A stretch of DNA of 64,000 nt from Tubiluchus corallicola. Taxonomy: Eukaryota; Animalia; Priapulida. Below are positions 1 to 13,500 of this stretch, in pieces; the stretch's first letter is position 1, and each line of letters starts with the position of its first letter. Location: NCBI GenBank assembly GCA_030141605.1, contig JAQGDQ010000844.1, forward strand, positions 1 to 64,000, written 5' to 3'. Under the pieces are notes generated by a model. It saw nothing but the letters and a program-made list of their open reading frames with translations. It did not search any database and was not told where the DNA came from. A program made the translations under genes and the position numbers.

Positions 1-412
1 GCCTTTGAAAGGCATGTCAGAATCTCTCTAGATGACAACTTATAATTTTTGATACACTAAAATAAATACATTATCTTTAAAATGCTGACAGCAAAGCGAA
101 CGGTTTGACAGAATATTTTAGTGCAGGATGTCAGAAAATGATAGCTTTGTTATATTTAAAGTCATCACAGGTAGAGAAAAGTGTTCCAACCATAAATCAA
201 GCTCATCCAGATACGACTAACAAAGTTCGTCAAGTTTAATGAATTTCTTATGAAAACTTTAATGAAACGTTGCAAATTGCGCATGTGATTTCTGTACACT
301 TGAAGTTATCAATGCCATGTCAAATTTTACAACTTGTCCAGCTGTAGGTGCACACATACATCAGCTGAGGACAGTAATGTCTACAGTCAAGTGCAGAAAC
401 ATTCCGGCTTAC

Positions 413-3400
413 CCTTGAAGTTTGTCACAGGAACGAACGTAACAAGCGTGTAAAGTTTATGAACGGAATCTTCATCTTCGTTTCTCTTTCTCGCTAGGCG
501 GACACGAACTCTGTACGGTACATTTCTGTCGAAGAAAAAGCAAAATGGAGTTTGTTAAGTTTACACAACTTTATAAGATGTATTATAGTACATTATTATG
601 TTTTGTACATACAGTAAGTCCTCACTTAACGACTTCCCGTTTAGCGACGTTTTGTTTTAACGACATTGAACATTTGACACCTTTTTTCACTTAACGACTC
701 ACGTTTCATTTTAACAACAATTTTTTCCCTTTGCTGAAAACCAATTTTATTTTATCAACAACTTTTTTACTTAATTTGAAGCATTAAAATGGCACATATT
801 GGGTTATTCTGTTTTAAAAGTGCATTAGTAATGTATAACCAGTGCAATTATTATACATGTTTTTGCTTCCCGACTGACTACTTTACTAGCTGCCGTTTCT
901 ATAAAGCGAGACCTGTGAACAAACCTTGTGCAAGGAATTCTACCTGCAACCTGTTCCTACAGCAACCAGACTACATAGTAAAGTGGTAGACACAGTGCTT
1001 AGATATGATAAAATTCCCAAGGTCATCTCATGCAGCGCTTGGCCTTGATTCTGCAGTGTTTATTGTTTAATGGCTGCCTAGGTTTAAACCTTAATGAAAG
1101 AGAAATCACTAGCTAGGTACATATAGGTAAGAAAGTTAGGTGATTTCAGGCGGAAAGAAATAGACTAGTAGAAGCCATAAAGAAACTTATACATTGCCTA
1201 ATTGATATGATTGAAGTAGCATTGATTTTTGTCTCTGGAACATATCCCCGATTCTTTTACATTACTTTCCATAGAAATTTTGGTTTCGTTTAACGATGTC
1301 TTGCTTAACGTCGCATTTTGCTGGAATGCATTAGTGTCGTTAAACGAGGACTTACTGTAGTGTGAACTGGAATTGTTAGTGAAGAGTGAAATACATCACA
1401 GACAATTTCACACGAGACTTTACAGGATTTGCAAGACACGCATCTCATGTCCGTTTCTAGGCAAAGTCGTTTACTGCTGAGAGATCTAATCTAAACACCA
1501 GTACCTCTGCCAGAACAGTTGCTCATTTTATAGGATGACATAAATGATATAGGTTCCACTCCTGCCACAAGTACTGAACACTAAGTAGGGGCCCTACTGC
1601 TGAGTGCCAGATCATGGTCTGTAGTAACCTGAACTACAGAAAGCGGATTATGCATTACCTGATGCCCTTGGACCATATGTGCTTGTTCAGCCTCGTATCA
1701 ACTCGTATGTCGGGGGTTCCCATTTGCTTTTCAGCAAATCTGCGGATTTCTTCAATGGCACGTGGTGCCCTCTTCTTAAAACCTCTGAAACGAAAAGGAA
1801 ACACGACGTCACATAGACAACATAAAGTTCAACTTGATTAACTATAATTACAAATGACAATTTTGACCACATTTGAGGAGACGATTTACATGTTTAATTG
1901 AAGCAAGATTACTTTCCAAACTTGGCACAAAAATGAAGTCCCTCTAGTGTGCATTTAGTGAATTAATAGCTGGGCAATGAAAACATTGAGAACGTCTACA
2001 ATACATATAATACTGGCATATTGATTTTTTAGTGGCATTATGAAAATGCAGAAATTTAGTTTCTTGTTAAACACATTTTTTTGTTTCCTTCAACAACCAA
2101 CTACATACAGTGGGGCAAAAGTTCACAAAACTGCTCTATATTGCTCTTTCAGATTAAAGGTTTTGGTCACTCTACCTTCATCGGCTGATTTACAGTAAAT
2201 TGACTGCTACACATTTTCTAGAACAATTTTATGGACATTTGCGAAACAGCAAGACTCACAAGAGAGAACTCGATTACGAAGAATAAGTCTTATGCATTTA
2301 AATTTAAGGTGGACGTCCCCAAAGAATTTTAAATAAATTACGTAATTGAAAGCACAAGAAAAGATTCTTCATTAACAAAGCTTAAAAAATTGCTGTGAAT
2401 TTTGTATCACTTACATACTGACACTGTCTTATTGCATACAGAGCTTGTATTAGCAGTAACACTGTATAAAACTTGTATATTTAAATACTGATGAAGCCAT
2501 TTTAACAGTAGTTCATTTGAAACAAGTTTAGATAACATTACACAAAGTTTGGAAAAAATATTCAAAGCATTCATAACACACGCGTAAAACTTTGAATTAG
2601 TATTTATTGTTAATGTGTTCAATGTGTTTTTTTGGTGAATCGGTGGTGCCAGGGATGAGAATGACAAACTGCAAAAAACTCTGAAACAGGCCGGGGGTTG
2701 GGGGCCACCTAGGCCCCAATGGGGTTGAGGGGCATAGCCCCATAGGGGTTGAAGGGGGTGAAGCCTCATTGGAGCCAGCAACAAATTGCAATTTTGTGAC
2801 CATAGAGAGCCTCTAAGTGGACTTAAAATATCAATTACCTTGTTTCATGCATAATTTAAAATACCCAACTATCAAGGATACATGATACATATGATCATGA
2901 AGCTTCAAAAAATTAACAAATTTCATTTCGTTGCCTATATTTCATAAATTATAAAATTAAACTTGGTTTTATTCAAATTACGCTTTGGTATTTCAGTTGT
3001 TTGTGTCAGGAGGCCTCAAAGTTTCACATTTGTCAGCAATGAAGATATGCCGCATTGCGGTAAAAGGCATGCTACAAATCGTACAGATTATCAAATAAAC
3101 GATATTTGCGCTTTATTTGAACTATTTTAGCCAAAATTTTTAACATCTAGGAGATAAACGGTAAGCTGGATAAATACCTCGAAAAAATGCCACTGAAAGT
3201 TTCGGTTACGATTTCGACGAAAACGAGGTTCAACCCCGAAAAATTTTCTCAACGAATTTACGCGATTTACAAAAATGGTACTACTGGTGTTCCAAAAATT
3301 CGGAAATCCGCGTATCTGCGGAAAATTCTCATCCCTGTGGTGCACACTGGGATGGCGATGCAGTGCCGCTTTACCAGGTCGCATGAACATTTTATTTTAC

Positions 3401-4726
3401 TAAGAACTTTCTTCTCTAGTGATAAGAATCTTTCAAACAGGTAAATGTAATGCTAAATAATGTAACTTTGTATGGAAAATTCTATGGGACATACTTTAAA
3501 GCCCGTTTCTTTCCTTTTAAGTAAATTTAACCAATTAGTTAACCAATTTTAGTTTGACAACATAATTCCAAATTATTCCACTTACAGGGTTAAGAAATTT
3601 TAATATTTGCATCTACAGGTTTCTCGCACGTACAATATTTACAAGCCCATTAACTTTTACAACATAACATGAAAGCGTTGCACATTGGTATTGAAAGTTT
3701 CTACAGAGAGCGGTTTCCCGTATGATTTCCCATTTCTTCCCGTATTAATTGCTACAAGTTAATACTGACAGGTGGTGCAGACTAGCATAGGAATTCAGTC
3801 TGTTTGGCCATGTGGATTGATAGCTAAATGGCTAGAGCGTTTGGTGTGAAACCAGAAGTTCTGGGTTCGAATTCTAGGCTCGGTGCCTTCCTCTTTAATT
3901 TAATTGTTGATTAGTAGCTTTTTCAAGTGCTGCACTTTACAAAGAATATAGCACAAACTGCATGAGAACTGCAAATAGGATGGCTTGCCTCTTGAGCAAA
4001 TTTTTCTAAATTGCCATTCGGCTTTTTCCTAACAACCAATCAGCACGTTTTGTTTTCTTTTGACGGGCATTATTTTAGCAACCATGCATTTGAATTTCAA
4101 TAAAAACTGCTGCATTCATTCAATCTTATGCACAGGACTTCATTAATGCCCGTAAAGCTCAGTGTTTTCTAAGAAGAATCGCCCTGTAAGGTACTTTTTC
4201 GCACAAATGATTCTAAACAAAGCCAATGACGAATCAGGTTAAGCAGTTACAGTAACAAGATGAAGGTATCACAAGAGAAACAGAATTCATACGATTAAAA
4301 TAATTTGTTATTAAACAGAGGCTAACACTTTTCCTGAAGTGCTAGTGCTGACAGGGAAAGCAGCATTTCTGTGTCTAGGAATGTCCAGCGTAAGCGTACC
4401 AGAAAAACAAGTAATACAAGCAAACTACTGGCATAGCAAACAACGACATAACCTCCAGGGAGCATTTTTTATCAAAATGGGAATAAAAAGATCGTTCATG
4501 TAAGACCATCAACAAGCAACAGACTACAGGTTAATGCCAAAAATGCTCATTATTATTTTTCAGCAACACTAAGCATTAATATAACACTTAAGTTTATATT
4601 ATAAGATAAAACCATGAAATCTTACATGCCATGCAACCGTTTGTGCAAATGTATCGTGTATTCGCGTGTGATTACTTCACTGATAGCAGACTTGCTCTTC
4701 TTCTCCCCTTTCTTTGTCTTCGCCAT
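413..4726 (-). CDS. RPL31: 60S ribosomal protein L31 (eL31); final coding exon probably outside the window
   Basis: Coding exons 4726-4626, 1784-1659 and 525-413 have GT-AG boundaries and join in frame to [114 protein letters not shown], a typical eL31 sequence. A gtaag donor follows 413. Confidence 0.96.
612..1357. mobile_element. Tigger/pogo-like (Tc1/mariner) MITE
   Basis: TIRs CAGTAAGTCCTCACTTAACGAC / GTCGTTAAACGAGGACTTACTG with TA on both flanks. Confidence 0.85.
2308..3495. mobile_element. TTAA-flanked (Kolobok-like) non-autonomous DNA element interrupted by a nested MITE
   Basis: TTAA at both ends with weak TIRs. Internal sequence matches inverted copies at about 59860-60300 and 63760-64000. 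Confidence 0.6.
2650..3337. mobile_element. hAT-like MITE with apparent 6-bp TSD
   Basis: TIR CAGGGATGAGAAT / ATTCTCATCCCTG, flanked by TGGTGC on both sides. Contains a G-rich ggggttgaggggcatagcccc motif. Confidence 0.75.
3814..3887 (+). mobile_element. tRNA-derived SINE head / tRNA pseudogene
   Basis: A box TAGCTAAATGG and B box GGTTCGAATTC. Anticodon and T stems can form but the acceptor stem cannot. Confidence 0.65.
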
Positions 4727-4775
4727 CTGCAAATGCCAAAAAATAAATGCACAAGTCTTATGTGAACGAGTACAT

Positions 4776-5005
4776 GGTGCAAAAGTATGTATGTTGGACT
4801 TTTAGAGATTTCACAGTCACTGGTGCAAAAGCATGTATGTTGGACTTTTACAGATTTCACAGTCACTAGTGAAAAAACGTGTATGTTGGACTTTTAGAGA
4901 TTTCACAGTCACTGCTGCAAAAGCGTGTATGTTGGACTTTTAGAGATTTCACAGTCACTGCTGCAAAAGCGTGTATGTTGGACTTTTAGAGATTTCACAG
5001 TCACG
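4776..5005. repeat. 46-bp minisatellite, about 5 copies
   Basis: Unit gtatgttggacttttagagatttcacagtcactgctgcaaaagcgt. Confidence 0.9.
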
Positions 5006-5725
5006 GACTCTAAGCAAGTACAGTGTAAGTTGCCTGTAAGTCTAGAAAGTACAGCAGTTTTTACCTTACTGATATGAATATCTTACCTAGCAAATGCATT
5101 ATTGACAAAACAATTACCTAACGATGGACCTCTTCCTAGAGCTGTAATTGGTCACTACAACTGGCTCTTGTAAAGTTATAAAAATAGAAACGTTTCTCTA
5201 CATGCCCACATTAAACACAATAGTCAATATATAGGTTGTTCTAACAAAATGTGTTAGACGGCAGCACTGTACTGTACTATAAAAGCTGTTTTGACTTTCC
5301 GTACGTTGTGTGCACAGAATTTTTTGTTTTATTTTTTTAATCCGCCAGAAACGTTTCAACAATAAATAAAATTTTAACTACTACTTATCAGTCCCCAACC
5401 CAAACCTAAATAATGTATCTTGCAGTAATAACCAGCACACAATTATTCACTTCTTGTAAACCAAATCCTGATTTCTTTCAAGTAGGACTTTAGGTACAAA
5501 GTTCAGATTTTAAAATCAAAATAATATTATGTTATTATGCAAGGAATGTCTATCTGATTACATGTACGTCTGTTAGTGTGAAGATGTCAAAGTCTCATCA
5601 GGAAATATACGGCTTATGTTAAAATAATGATTACCGTGCATTATCAGTCAAAAAAACTGTAACGGATGGATGAGAAAATAACTATAATTCTCTGATTTTT
5701 TTTAGACTGAAACATTGGTACTTAC

Positions 5726-5757
5726 CACCGATACACAGCAATCGATGAAAAAAGGAA
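5726..5757 (-). promoter_or_regulatory. RPL31: RPL31 non-coding first exon with 5' terminal oligopyrimidine (TCT/TOP) start
   Basis: Minus strand reads ttCCTTTTTTTcatcgattgctgtgtatcggtg|gtaagt: a pyrimidine tract, then a strong donor at 5725. The RPL31 ATG at 4726 directly follows an acceptor (tttgcag|ATG), so an upstream UTR exon is expected. Confidence 0.7.
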
Positions 5758-7581
5758 TAGAACTGTCATTGCGCCATCTATGTTAGACTTTGTAACCTAT
5801 CAACGCAGCACCCTCTACACTCCAAAACTTCAACCACTCTCACCAATTTTGAGCACCTTTATCATCATCGTTATTTTTAATGTATTACTACTTACATTAA
5901 AGATGCCACCAATTTGTTCTTTGATAAAAAAACATTATTTCTGATGTATTTACAAAATTGTTTTGTAGTTTATTGATAACAACAAATAAACAAACCTTGT
6001 AAACACACATACATCTTACTTTACAAACCCGAAATATAGTTCATTGGAAAATCCTAATTATTAATAAAATTCAACGATCAAAATTATTCAAATTATAACA
6101 GGAAACTAACCACACCAGTTATATTTCAAGCTATACAACTATACAGCACCTTAAGAGTGATTGTTTTAGTATTTTACATACAGTAAATACATTACAATAG
6201 AACAAGGCAACTTGAGAAAATGCCTGTTATTACTAGTTAGCAATGAAATATTTTCTACAAAGCTAGAGTTAATAAAAAAATATAAAGCCGATAATGGAAT
6301 CTGCTACACAAGGCCATCATATATGTTCTGCAAGCCAATGTCTAACTTTTGTGTATACAGTTTCCTATTCAGAATTTTCTCTGACAACACCCTCACATTT
6401 CTACAGTGAAATTTTGGCAAATGAATAATGCACAAAATATAACTAAAGAATGATTTAGCAACACTGGCAAATAAAAAACAACTTTTATATAGTCACAAAT
6501 CATTAATCATTTCTTCCATTATCATTTTGATTCAAAAATCTGTTAACTTGTTCAAAAATTTGTGCTACCATAAATTCTAAAAAATTGTGCTAGATGTAAT
6601 GCTCTTGATCCTAGAAGTTGAAACAAGTTTATATATGTGCCCATGATCAGCTGAGCAGTATCACTAGGATTAATATTTTTATAAAAATTATCATAAGCTG
6701 TTATTGATCATCGCTGTACTAAATGCTAAGCCACAAATGAGTATTTTAAAGATGCTACATACTGCATACGGTAATACCAAACACCTGTAACACATCTAAC
6801 AAACACACAGCTGAATATTTACAGCCAGGCACAAACCATGAATGATGATAATAAACTCGCGTGATTGTATCTCATCGTTCTAAACTCTTACTTAATGAAC
6901 TGTAATGAAGAGCAAATTGTTTGTTCACAACAATGTTTTTACAAAAGTAACAGGAAACAAAATCATGGCATATGTACAAATGATTACATACAATGAGTAC
7001 ATACTACATGCTATGTACATAGCTGATTGTAGAAATTTCAGAATTTATAATAATATAGCTCAAGAATAATGAGTTTTACAGTTTATTGACAAGGCTAAAA
7101 TCAGGTGTTGGAAGAAGAAAATTAAGGCATTAGAAGAAAAAGGACCAATTTCCATTTAGTACCAAACATTGATATGTGATGAAAATTCCTTCACAAGACA
7201 CACACCGTGTACAAAGTCTATAAATGCTCCAGAATTTAATTGCTGTTCATGTTAAAATTGGTCAGTCAAGAATCAGCATTTGAAAAATCAGTCTGCCATT
7301 AATAAGGCTAATTAATCTTCAACCGAAATCGATTTACAATGTTGATTGTTTTGGCACAAAAGGTCTGGCAAGATCTTGATTATGTGAATGCGTTTACCCT
7401 GTTTCTTAGACCTGATTGTACGTTTGTAAAGCATGATATCTTCATTACTAGTCATATGCAAAAAACACCAACCATTATGACAGTTGAAATAATCTCACTG
7501 TGTGAAACTAAGCAGCATCCTATAGTTTAATATAATACACCTTGATATGTAGAAAAAATTAGACACAAACATCCGCTACAG

Positions 7582-10500
7582 TCATGAAGATGGGCTGTTT
7601 GGCCCACGAGACTCAGACGGGGTGATAGAAAACCTCTTTCCACTCGGTCCCATGACCGTTCCCTCTTCATTTCCACTGGAGTTGATGGAATCCAGCGTCT
7701 CCGATTCTGACATGAGTTCCGGAGATGGGGAGGAAGCGGGCACAGGCTTCGAAGATATGAAGCTGGATGGCGCTTCTGCCTGGTTTTCTGGATTACTAGT
7801 GCCTTCTATAGCTTTCCGCACCTGCAACACACAAAATATCAAAATCTAAATACTGAGAAACATGCACTTTCAGAGGTTTGCTATACTAAATTATACAAGA
7901 TGTGAGAAATTTCTAGATAATGTGGAAAAGTAATCATTTGTCACTAACATGCCTTCTGTACAAAAAAAAACAAAACAAAATGTAAGTTTTACATAATTCA
8001 ATTCAATTCAATTTTATTTCAGCATTAAAATTGCCATACCAATGCACTAAAAAGATAAATAAGAAAGATGTTAGATAAGAAAAATGTTTATTTTTTCATT
8101 AACTGTACGGAAGCCAGACGTTGTCACAGCTATGTTGGTGGAATCAAAATGTTACATAAATTGTTGTAAATTTTTATGTGATGGATAGATATAGAATAAG
8201 TTTGAGACAGTGAAAAGGAAATAATTCAAATAAAATAAATATGTCTCAAAAAATAAACAATCACAAACCTCTTTGAGCGAACAGACTCCAACCAGTCGAC
8301 CAATGGCTGTGACGTAAGCCAACTGTAACCCCAGCAGTGAAAATAACGAATGAACCTGAAATCAACAATCATACTGCTCAATGCACAACTACTAAAAAGC
8401 TTAATAGAAACCTGCAAAAGTTTATCACAGAGACTAATTACAATAATAATTTATTTGATATTTTAGTGCCACTTACAGAAGCTGGTAAATGGCACTTTAC
8501 AAGTGATGAAAAAATTAAAATCGTATAGATAAAAATGATAAACATGATCACAAATATACCTAAAAAAATCTTTAATAAGCCTTTTCACAGCTTTGCTATG
8601 CACACGCGCAGTTGCTGTAGGTCAAAGCCTAAGTGTATCACAGCAACAAGTCTTAACTGCAACTGTCACTTGACGTGTGGGTAAAGCAAAGCCATCTGTT
8701 GCATCAGTTTGGTAGTGTCAGCTGTTTTACGTGGACTTTACTTGATTATGAATTAGTCCATGCATAGAGCGGTTTACTAGCAGAATCTTGCTTGCGAACA
8801 AGAAAAAATGAATTAGGTAAGGTGCTAGATGGCTGTGAAATCATGTTAAAACTATTACTATTAGAAAATGAATGTGCTGAGAGACGTTGTCAAGTGTACA
8901 CAAATGTTGTCTGGTACACTTAACCTTTGACCTTTTTGAACTGTGAAAAGGCTTATTACAAGGATGACAGTTATGGCACAAAAACAATGGAGACTAAGAC
9001 AAAAATGAACAGTTTTTCTCATCGATTGAGTTACTGAATGCTCAAGAGTTACAACTATACTCTCATATCTCAGTTTGTCGGACCTTGCTTTTACTGATAT
9101 CGGAAATTTCGGACAAAAACTGGTCCATTAAAAAGTCCTGCATACTACAGACACAGTCCAATATTTCGCAAGTTGACCGCTAGTTGGCGGGCCTTCACTG
9201 TATATCCTGGAATACCCTGTATAACCTGTATAACTGTATAACCTGTATATCCTTACATCCAAGCAGCATGTAACGACATGTATGTAGCTTGTATGTCAGC
9301 ATATTTAGTGGTTTAATCAGTGTGTGTAAGTGGTTTAGAGTCAATTATGCGGAGTTATTTGTGTCAATTGTCGACAGTTTTTATATACCTTTGCATAGGA
9401 GCGGCCTGTACTAGACATTTTCAGACAATTAGGCAATTGATTCTACATTACCGTGAGTCTAATACACGGCCTACTATATTAGCTTATAATCGGTAAATAA
9501 GGACAATCGCCAAATTCGGACCGACGTCTCCCCACTTATGTCCGGCAAATCGAGATATGAGTGTATAACGTATTTTTACATAGTTTGCAATTTTGTTTCT
9601 TAGCTCTAGTGTATTTTCTGACTGATAACGAAGCCGGGGATCTTTAAAGATATTCATAAATAAGAATATGAGTTTTTTGTTGCTGGTCATTGTGAAATTA
9701 CATTTCCCAACTAAGAAGTTTGCACGAGAATCGACAAAAGCGCAAACATCTGAACTAAAAATGCAAGCAAGGAAAAAGGAAAGCACCGACCTTGTACAAG
9801 GAGGTCCGCTCCACGAGTTGGAAGGGGGCGGGGTCGATGTGGCACAAGGAAAAATCAAGCACCATCCGCAGTTGTTCCTCCTCCCACTGCTTTTGCTGAA
9901 AGACATGAGAAATTAATCACCTTAATGATATGACACTTTTCAGCATCAATGTCTCGAAGAGTCGTACAGCTAAGGTTCTTCTGCTAGTACAACCCTATCA
10001 CCCGTAGCACACAGTATTAACAGTTTACTATGAATGAGTTGAAGCCACTGTTTCATGTATTCTAAGTCTAGGGATTCGTCGAAAAACAGAAACGTAACAA
10101 ACAAAAGTTTTTAGTATTCTGATCATCATTTATGATATATATATGAATTCTACGGCTTGACATGTCAGCACTATTTATATCTGTGCTTGCATAGCAAAAT
10201 CGTCCATAAGTCGACTATTAAGCTTTTCTAGCTATTCGCATACTCTGAATCTCCATTTCATGAGAATTATTTTGATACCAAGCTTATTGCTCTATGTTAT
10301 TTCTATGCTGAAATTATCCACGTTGAATTTGAAGTGCATGCTATGCAGTGAAAAACATAATCTTGAGAAAATCACTTTTAAAGTTAGCCATTGTTTTTTG
10401 TCGCGTCTCTACAAAACACTTAGCAACTGTATGAAAGTGTGGTTGCTATGGACTTTACAAGAACACATTGAAGTTATGTTTAAATCCAGTTTATGGTTCT

Positions 10501-13500
10501 TCCTGATGAAGATTTGGGCTTGTGAACAGAAAAAACCTGAAGCAAAATGACTGCTTCCACGAGCTACTATCGGAGTTTGAAAATACAAGTTTTTTGCAAT
10601 CGCGGTACTAGTTTCTAGGCGGAGAAATGGGTTCAGATTATAAAATTATATTTTTAGTATTTGAACAATTTCTTGATAATTTGATGCTAGAATATAAAAG
10701 TCCAATATATTTAGCTTTTGTTTTCATAAAAAATAAAAAACTAACATTTGACCAAAAATTTTGGTGTATTTTATTTTGAAGCATCGTAACGTAGTTTTAA
10801 CTATGCCAACTTATGGACGGTTTTGGTTTGCAAGCATACATATAGTGAATTACAACTATTTAAATCTGGTATTCAATCTTATTAAGAAAAATTAATACTA
10901 ATGCAAAGCATCCAATAAGCATAAAATGATCAGAAAAAAAACAGGATGACATCACAACTATTGAGCAGCTTATGAATATATGGAGCACACTGTGGTACAG
11001 TCAAACCTCATTATAATGGCAGGTCTGGGACACCACTAAATATGGCTCTATAGTGGGGTTGGCAGTAAGGCGAGGTTCATCAAATATCAAAACCATTGCA
11101 ACCTTGATTTTGTTTACTAGTTAACTTTAATATGTGACAAATAGTATAATATTATTATACCTACAACAATACATGTCTTATACTGTACATTTTTGCTGCA
11201 TTAACAATACACAAGTAGTTCTATGGTGGTACCTTGCAAAACTTTTACATAAGTCAACATGGAGAAGCAATCTTGTGAAATACTTGTTAATTAGCCTGCT
11301 CACACACCCAACGTAACATTACTGGATGATTAAGACCATAAATAGCCGCCACATATAACTTGACCTTGAGTTAATAGCCGTTAAACTCACATCAGTTTAG
11401 TACTGAACCATACGCTATGAACCTCATGTAGTCTAAAATATTCTTTGTTCAAAACCGTAGCATTCACTTTCATACAGTCACTTGCAACAAGACCTAAATT
11501 CACATCAGTTCAGTACTGAACCATAAGCTATGAACCTCATGTAGTCTAAAATGCTCTTTGTTCAAAACCTCAGCATTCACTTTCATACAGTCACTTGCAA
11601 AAAGACCTAAATCTTAACTGAAACACCATAAAACGTTCTTTACAAGTGACTGCATGTTTTTCTATAATACAAAGGCTGTTTTTCAGCAACAATTCATTGT
11701 ACTTTATCTTGGCTGGCTTTTTAACGGGGTAAATTTATTATGTACAATAGACTTTTAGCACAGCAGATACATTGGCAGATGGCAGTAGGCAAGGTTGGTG
11801 GTACTTCCTATCGGCTTTATTGAAAGGCTGGCGTTATAACGGGTATAACGAGATTCGACTGTACTTAAAAGAAAACAGGCCAAATTTTCACACCATACCG
11901 TATGGTCCTCTAACTTAAGAAGAAAATAATCAATAATCAATACTATTGAATTAAACTGTATCAGTAAAAACAATCAACCTACCTCCTCTTCCGGTAAATC
12001 AATAACTCTTAGGACGTCTTCGGGCTGTAAAAAACATTTATTTAAATTAACATATAGTTAACTTTTATATTTACACTCACGAAGACAAAATTTAACAGCA
12101 CAAGTTAGAAAAATAACTCCATAAACTGTGATTTATGTCAGAAATTGCTGCTTAGTAAGTAAAGTATTCTATGCCAAGCAAGGTGCATGGCCTAGTAGTT
12201 GTGATGTCTTGTTCGGCTGCCATTGTTCAGAATGCTGCCGAGGCTGGTCAGTGACTGGATGAGTGACCCACTACGATTCTCACTCTAGGAGTAAGAATTC
12301 TCATTCGCCATGTTGATTTCGGCTGTTTGCTTCATAGAGAACATGGAAGGAAGACTCCAGTTTAAAGCCAAATAATCTTAAAAGAATGTTTTGTGTGCTT
12401 CAAAGTTGTTTCCAAGAAAAAGCAATGTTACCGATAATTTTTTATGCGAAGCAAAGCCAGTGGTTATTCAGGTGAAGGTTGCATAATTGAAAAATGAAAA
12501 TGTTAATTTAGGTTAAAAAAAATTGAAATGTTAATTTAGGTTAAAAAAACACAATTCATGACTAGTTCACAGCTCATGTGAGGTACCACGAAGGTATCTC
12601 TTAATGCGAAGCATGTGAGCTTGTAGTTGTTAAGGAAGCAATGTTTAGTAGAGGATTCCAAAGATAAAAAGCCCGATAAAAACTAGATTCATAATTAATT
12701 TACTACTTCAATATTACCCACCAATGTCACACGTCTGTCGGATGATGAGGACTGGAATGTGTCGTGTTCGGTTCTGTATGTGTCGTAAACAGAGTCAAGG
12801 TCGTCGGATGCCGCCATGTCTTTCATCTCTTCCACTTTCGATTTCTTGAGAATTGACCTCGGTTCTCTGAACATCTGCCCGAGAAACAAGCACACAAATC
12901 AAACTAGAAGACGTAAACTTGCCGAATCAGATGATATGTTTTTCAATAGACGATAACTGAAGTTTGTGTAAAAGTGGCCGGCTTGGAATTTAATTCGTAA
13001 CTTTCCTCGTTCCATGAGTTTTCGTAGAGTGACATAGCATGAATAACAGAGAAAGCTTAAATGTGTAAAAAAAATATACTGATGAAGCAAATGATGTTGT
13101 TTAAAGCATTAAAAGGCAAGTTTGTTTTTCAAACAGGTAAAAACGCCGCAAACAAAATGAGGATCAGACAGTTTCTAATGATCAATTTCACAAACGATGC
13201 GTTTGCTAAAAAATTGCTGACCATAATATTGCTTGGAAAAGATGGCATACCAGTCATTTGCTTTTCAGTTTTTGTTGAAATTCCAACAGCTGTTTGTTTA
13301 AAAGGTAAACAAACACTTATGAAAAAACAAACAATTAAAACACAAGAAAAATGTATGAATACTTGGTGATTTTTTTCATTGTTTTTGGAAAGGAAGTGCA
13401 TAGTTAACAGCATAAAAACAGCAAAACAGACAATACATTCACGAACGTAGAGAAATATTTCTTTAAACTAGAGCAAGGTTTAGCCGACAGCTTTGTTTCA

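Noticed and set aside
17-170. Box C/D snoRNA in the RPL31 intron (minus-strand GTGATGA at ~169-163, CTGA at ~134 or ~20)
   Set aside because: Box spacing is atypical, with no clear terminal stem or recognisable rRNA antisense element.
3814-3887. Functional tRNA gene
   Set aside because: The acceptor stem cannot pair and the anticodon loop lacks U33, so it is called a SINE head/pseudogene.
12899-13090. Possible extra ClC-2 linker exon
   Set aside because: No convincing phase-compatible acceptor/donor pair, and the flanking exons already join in frame.
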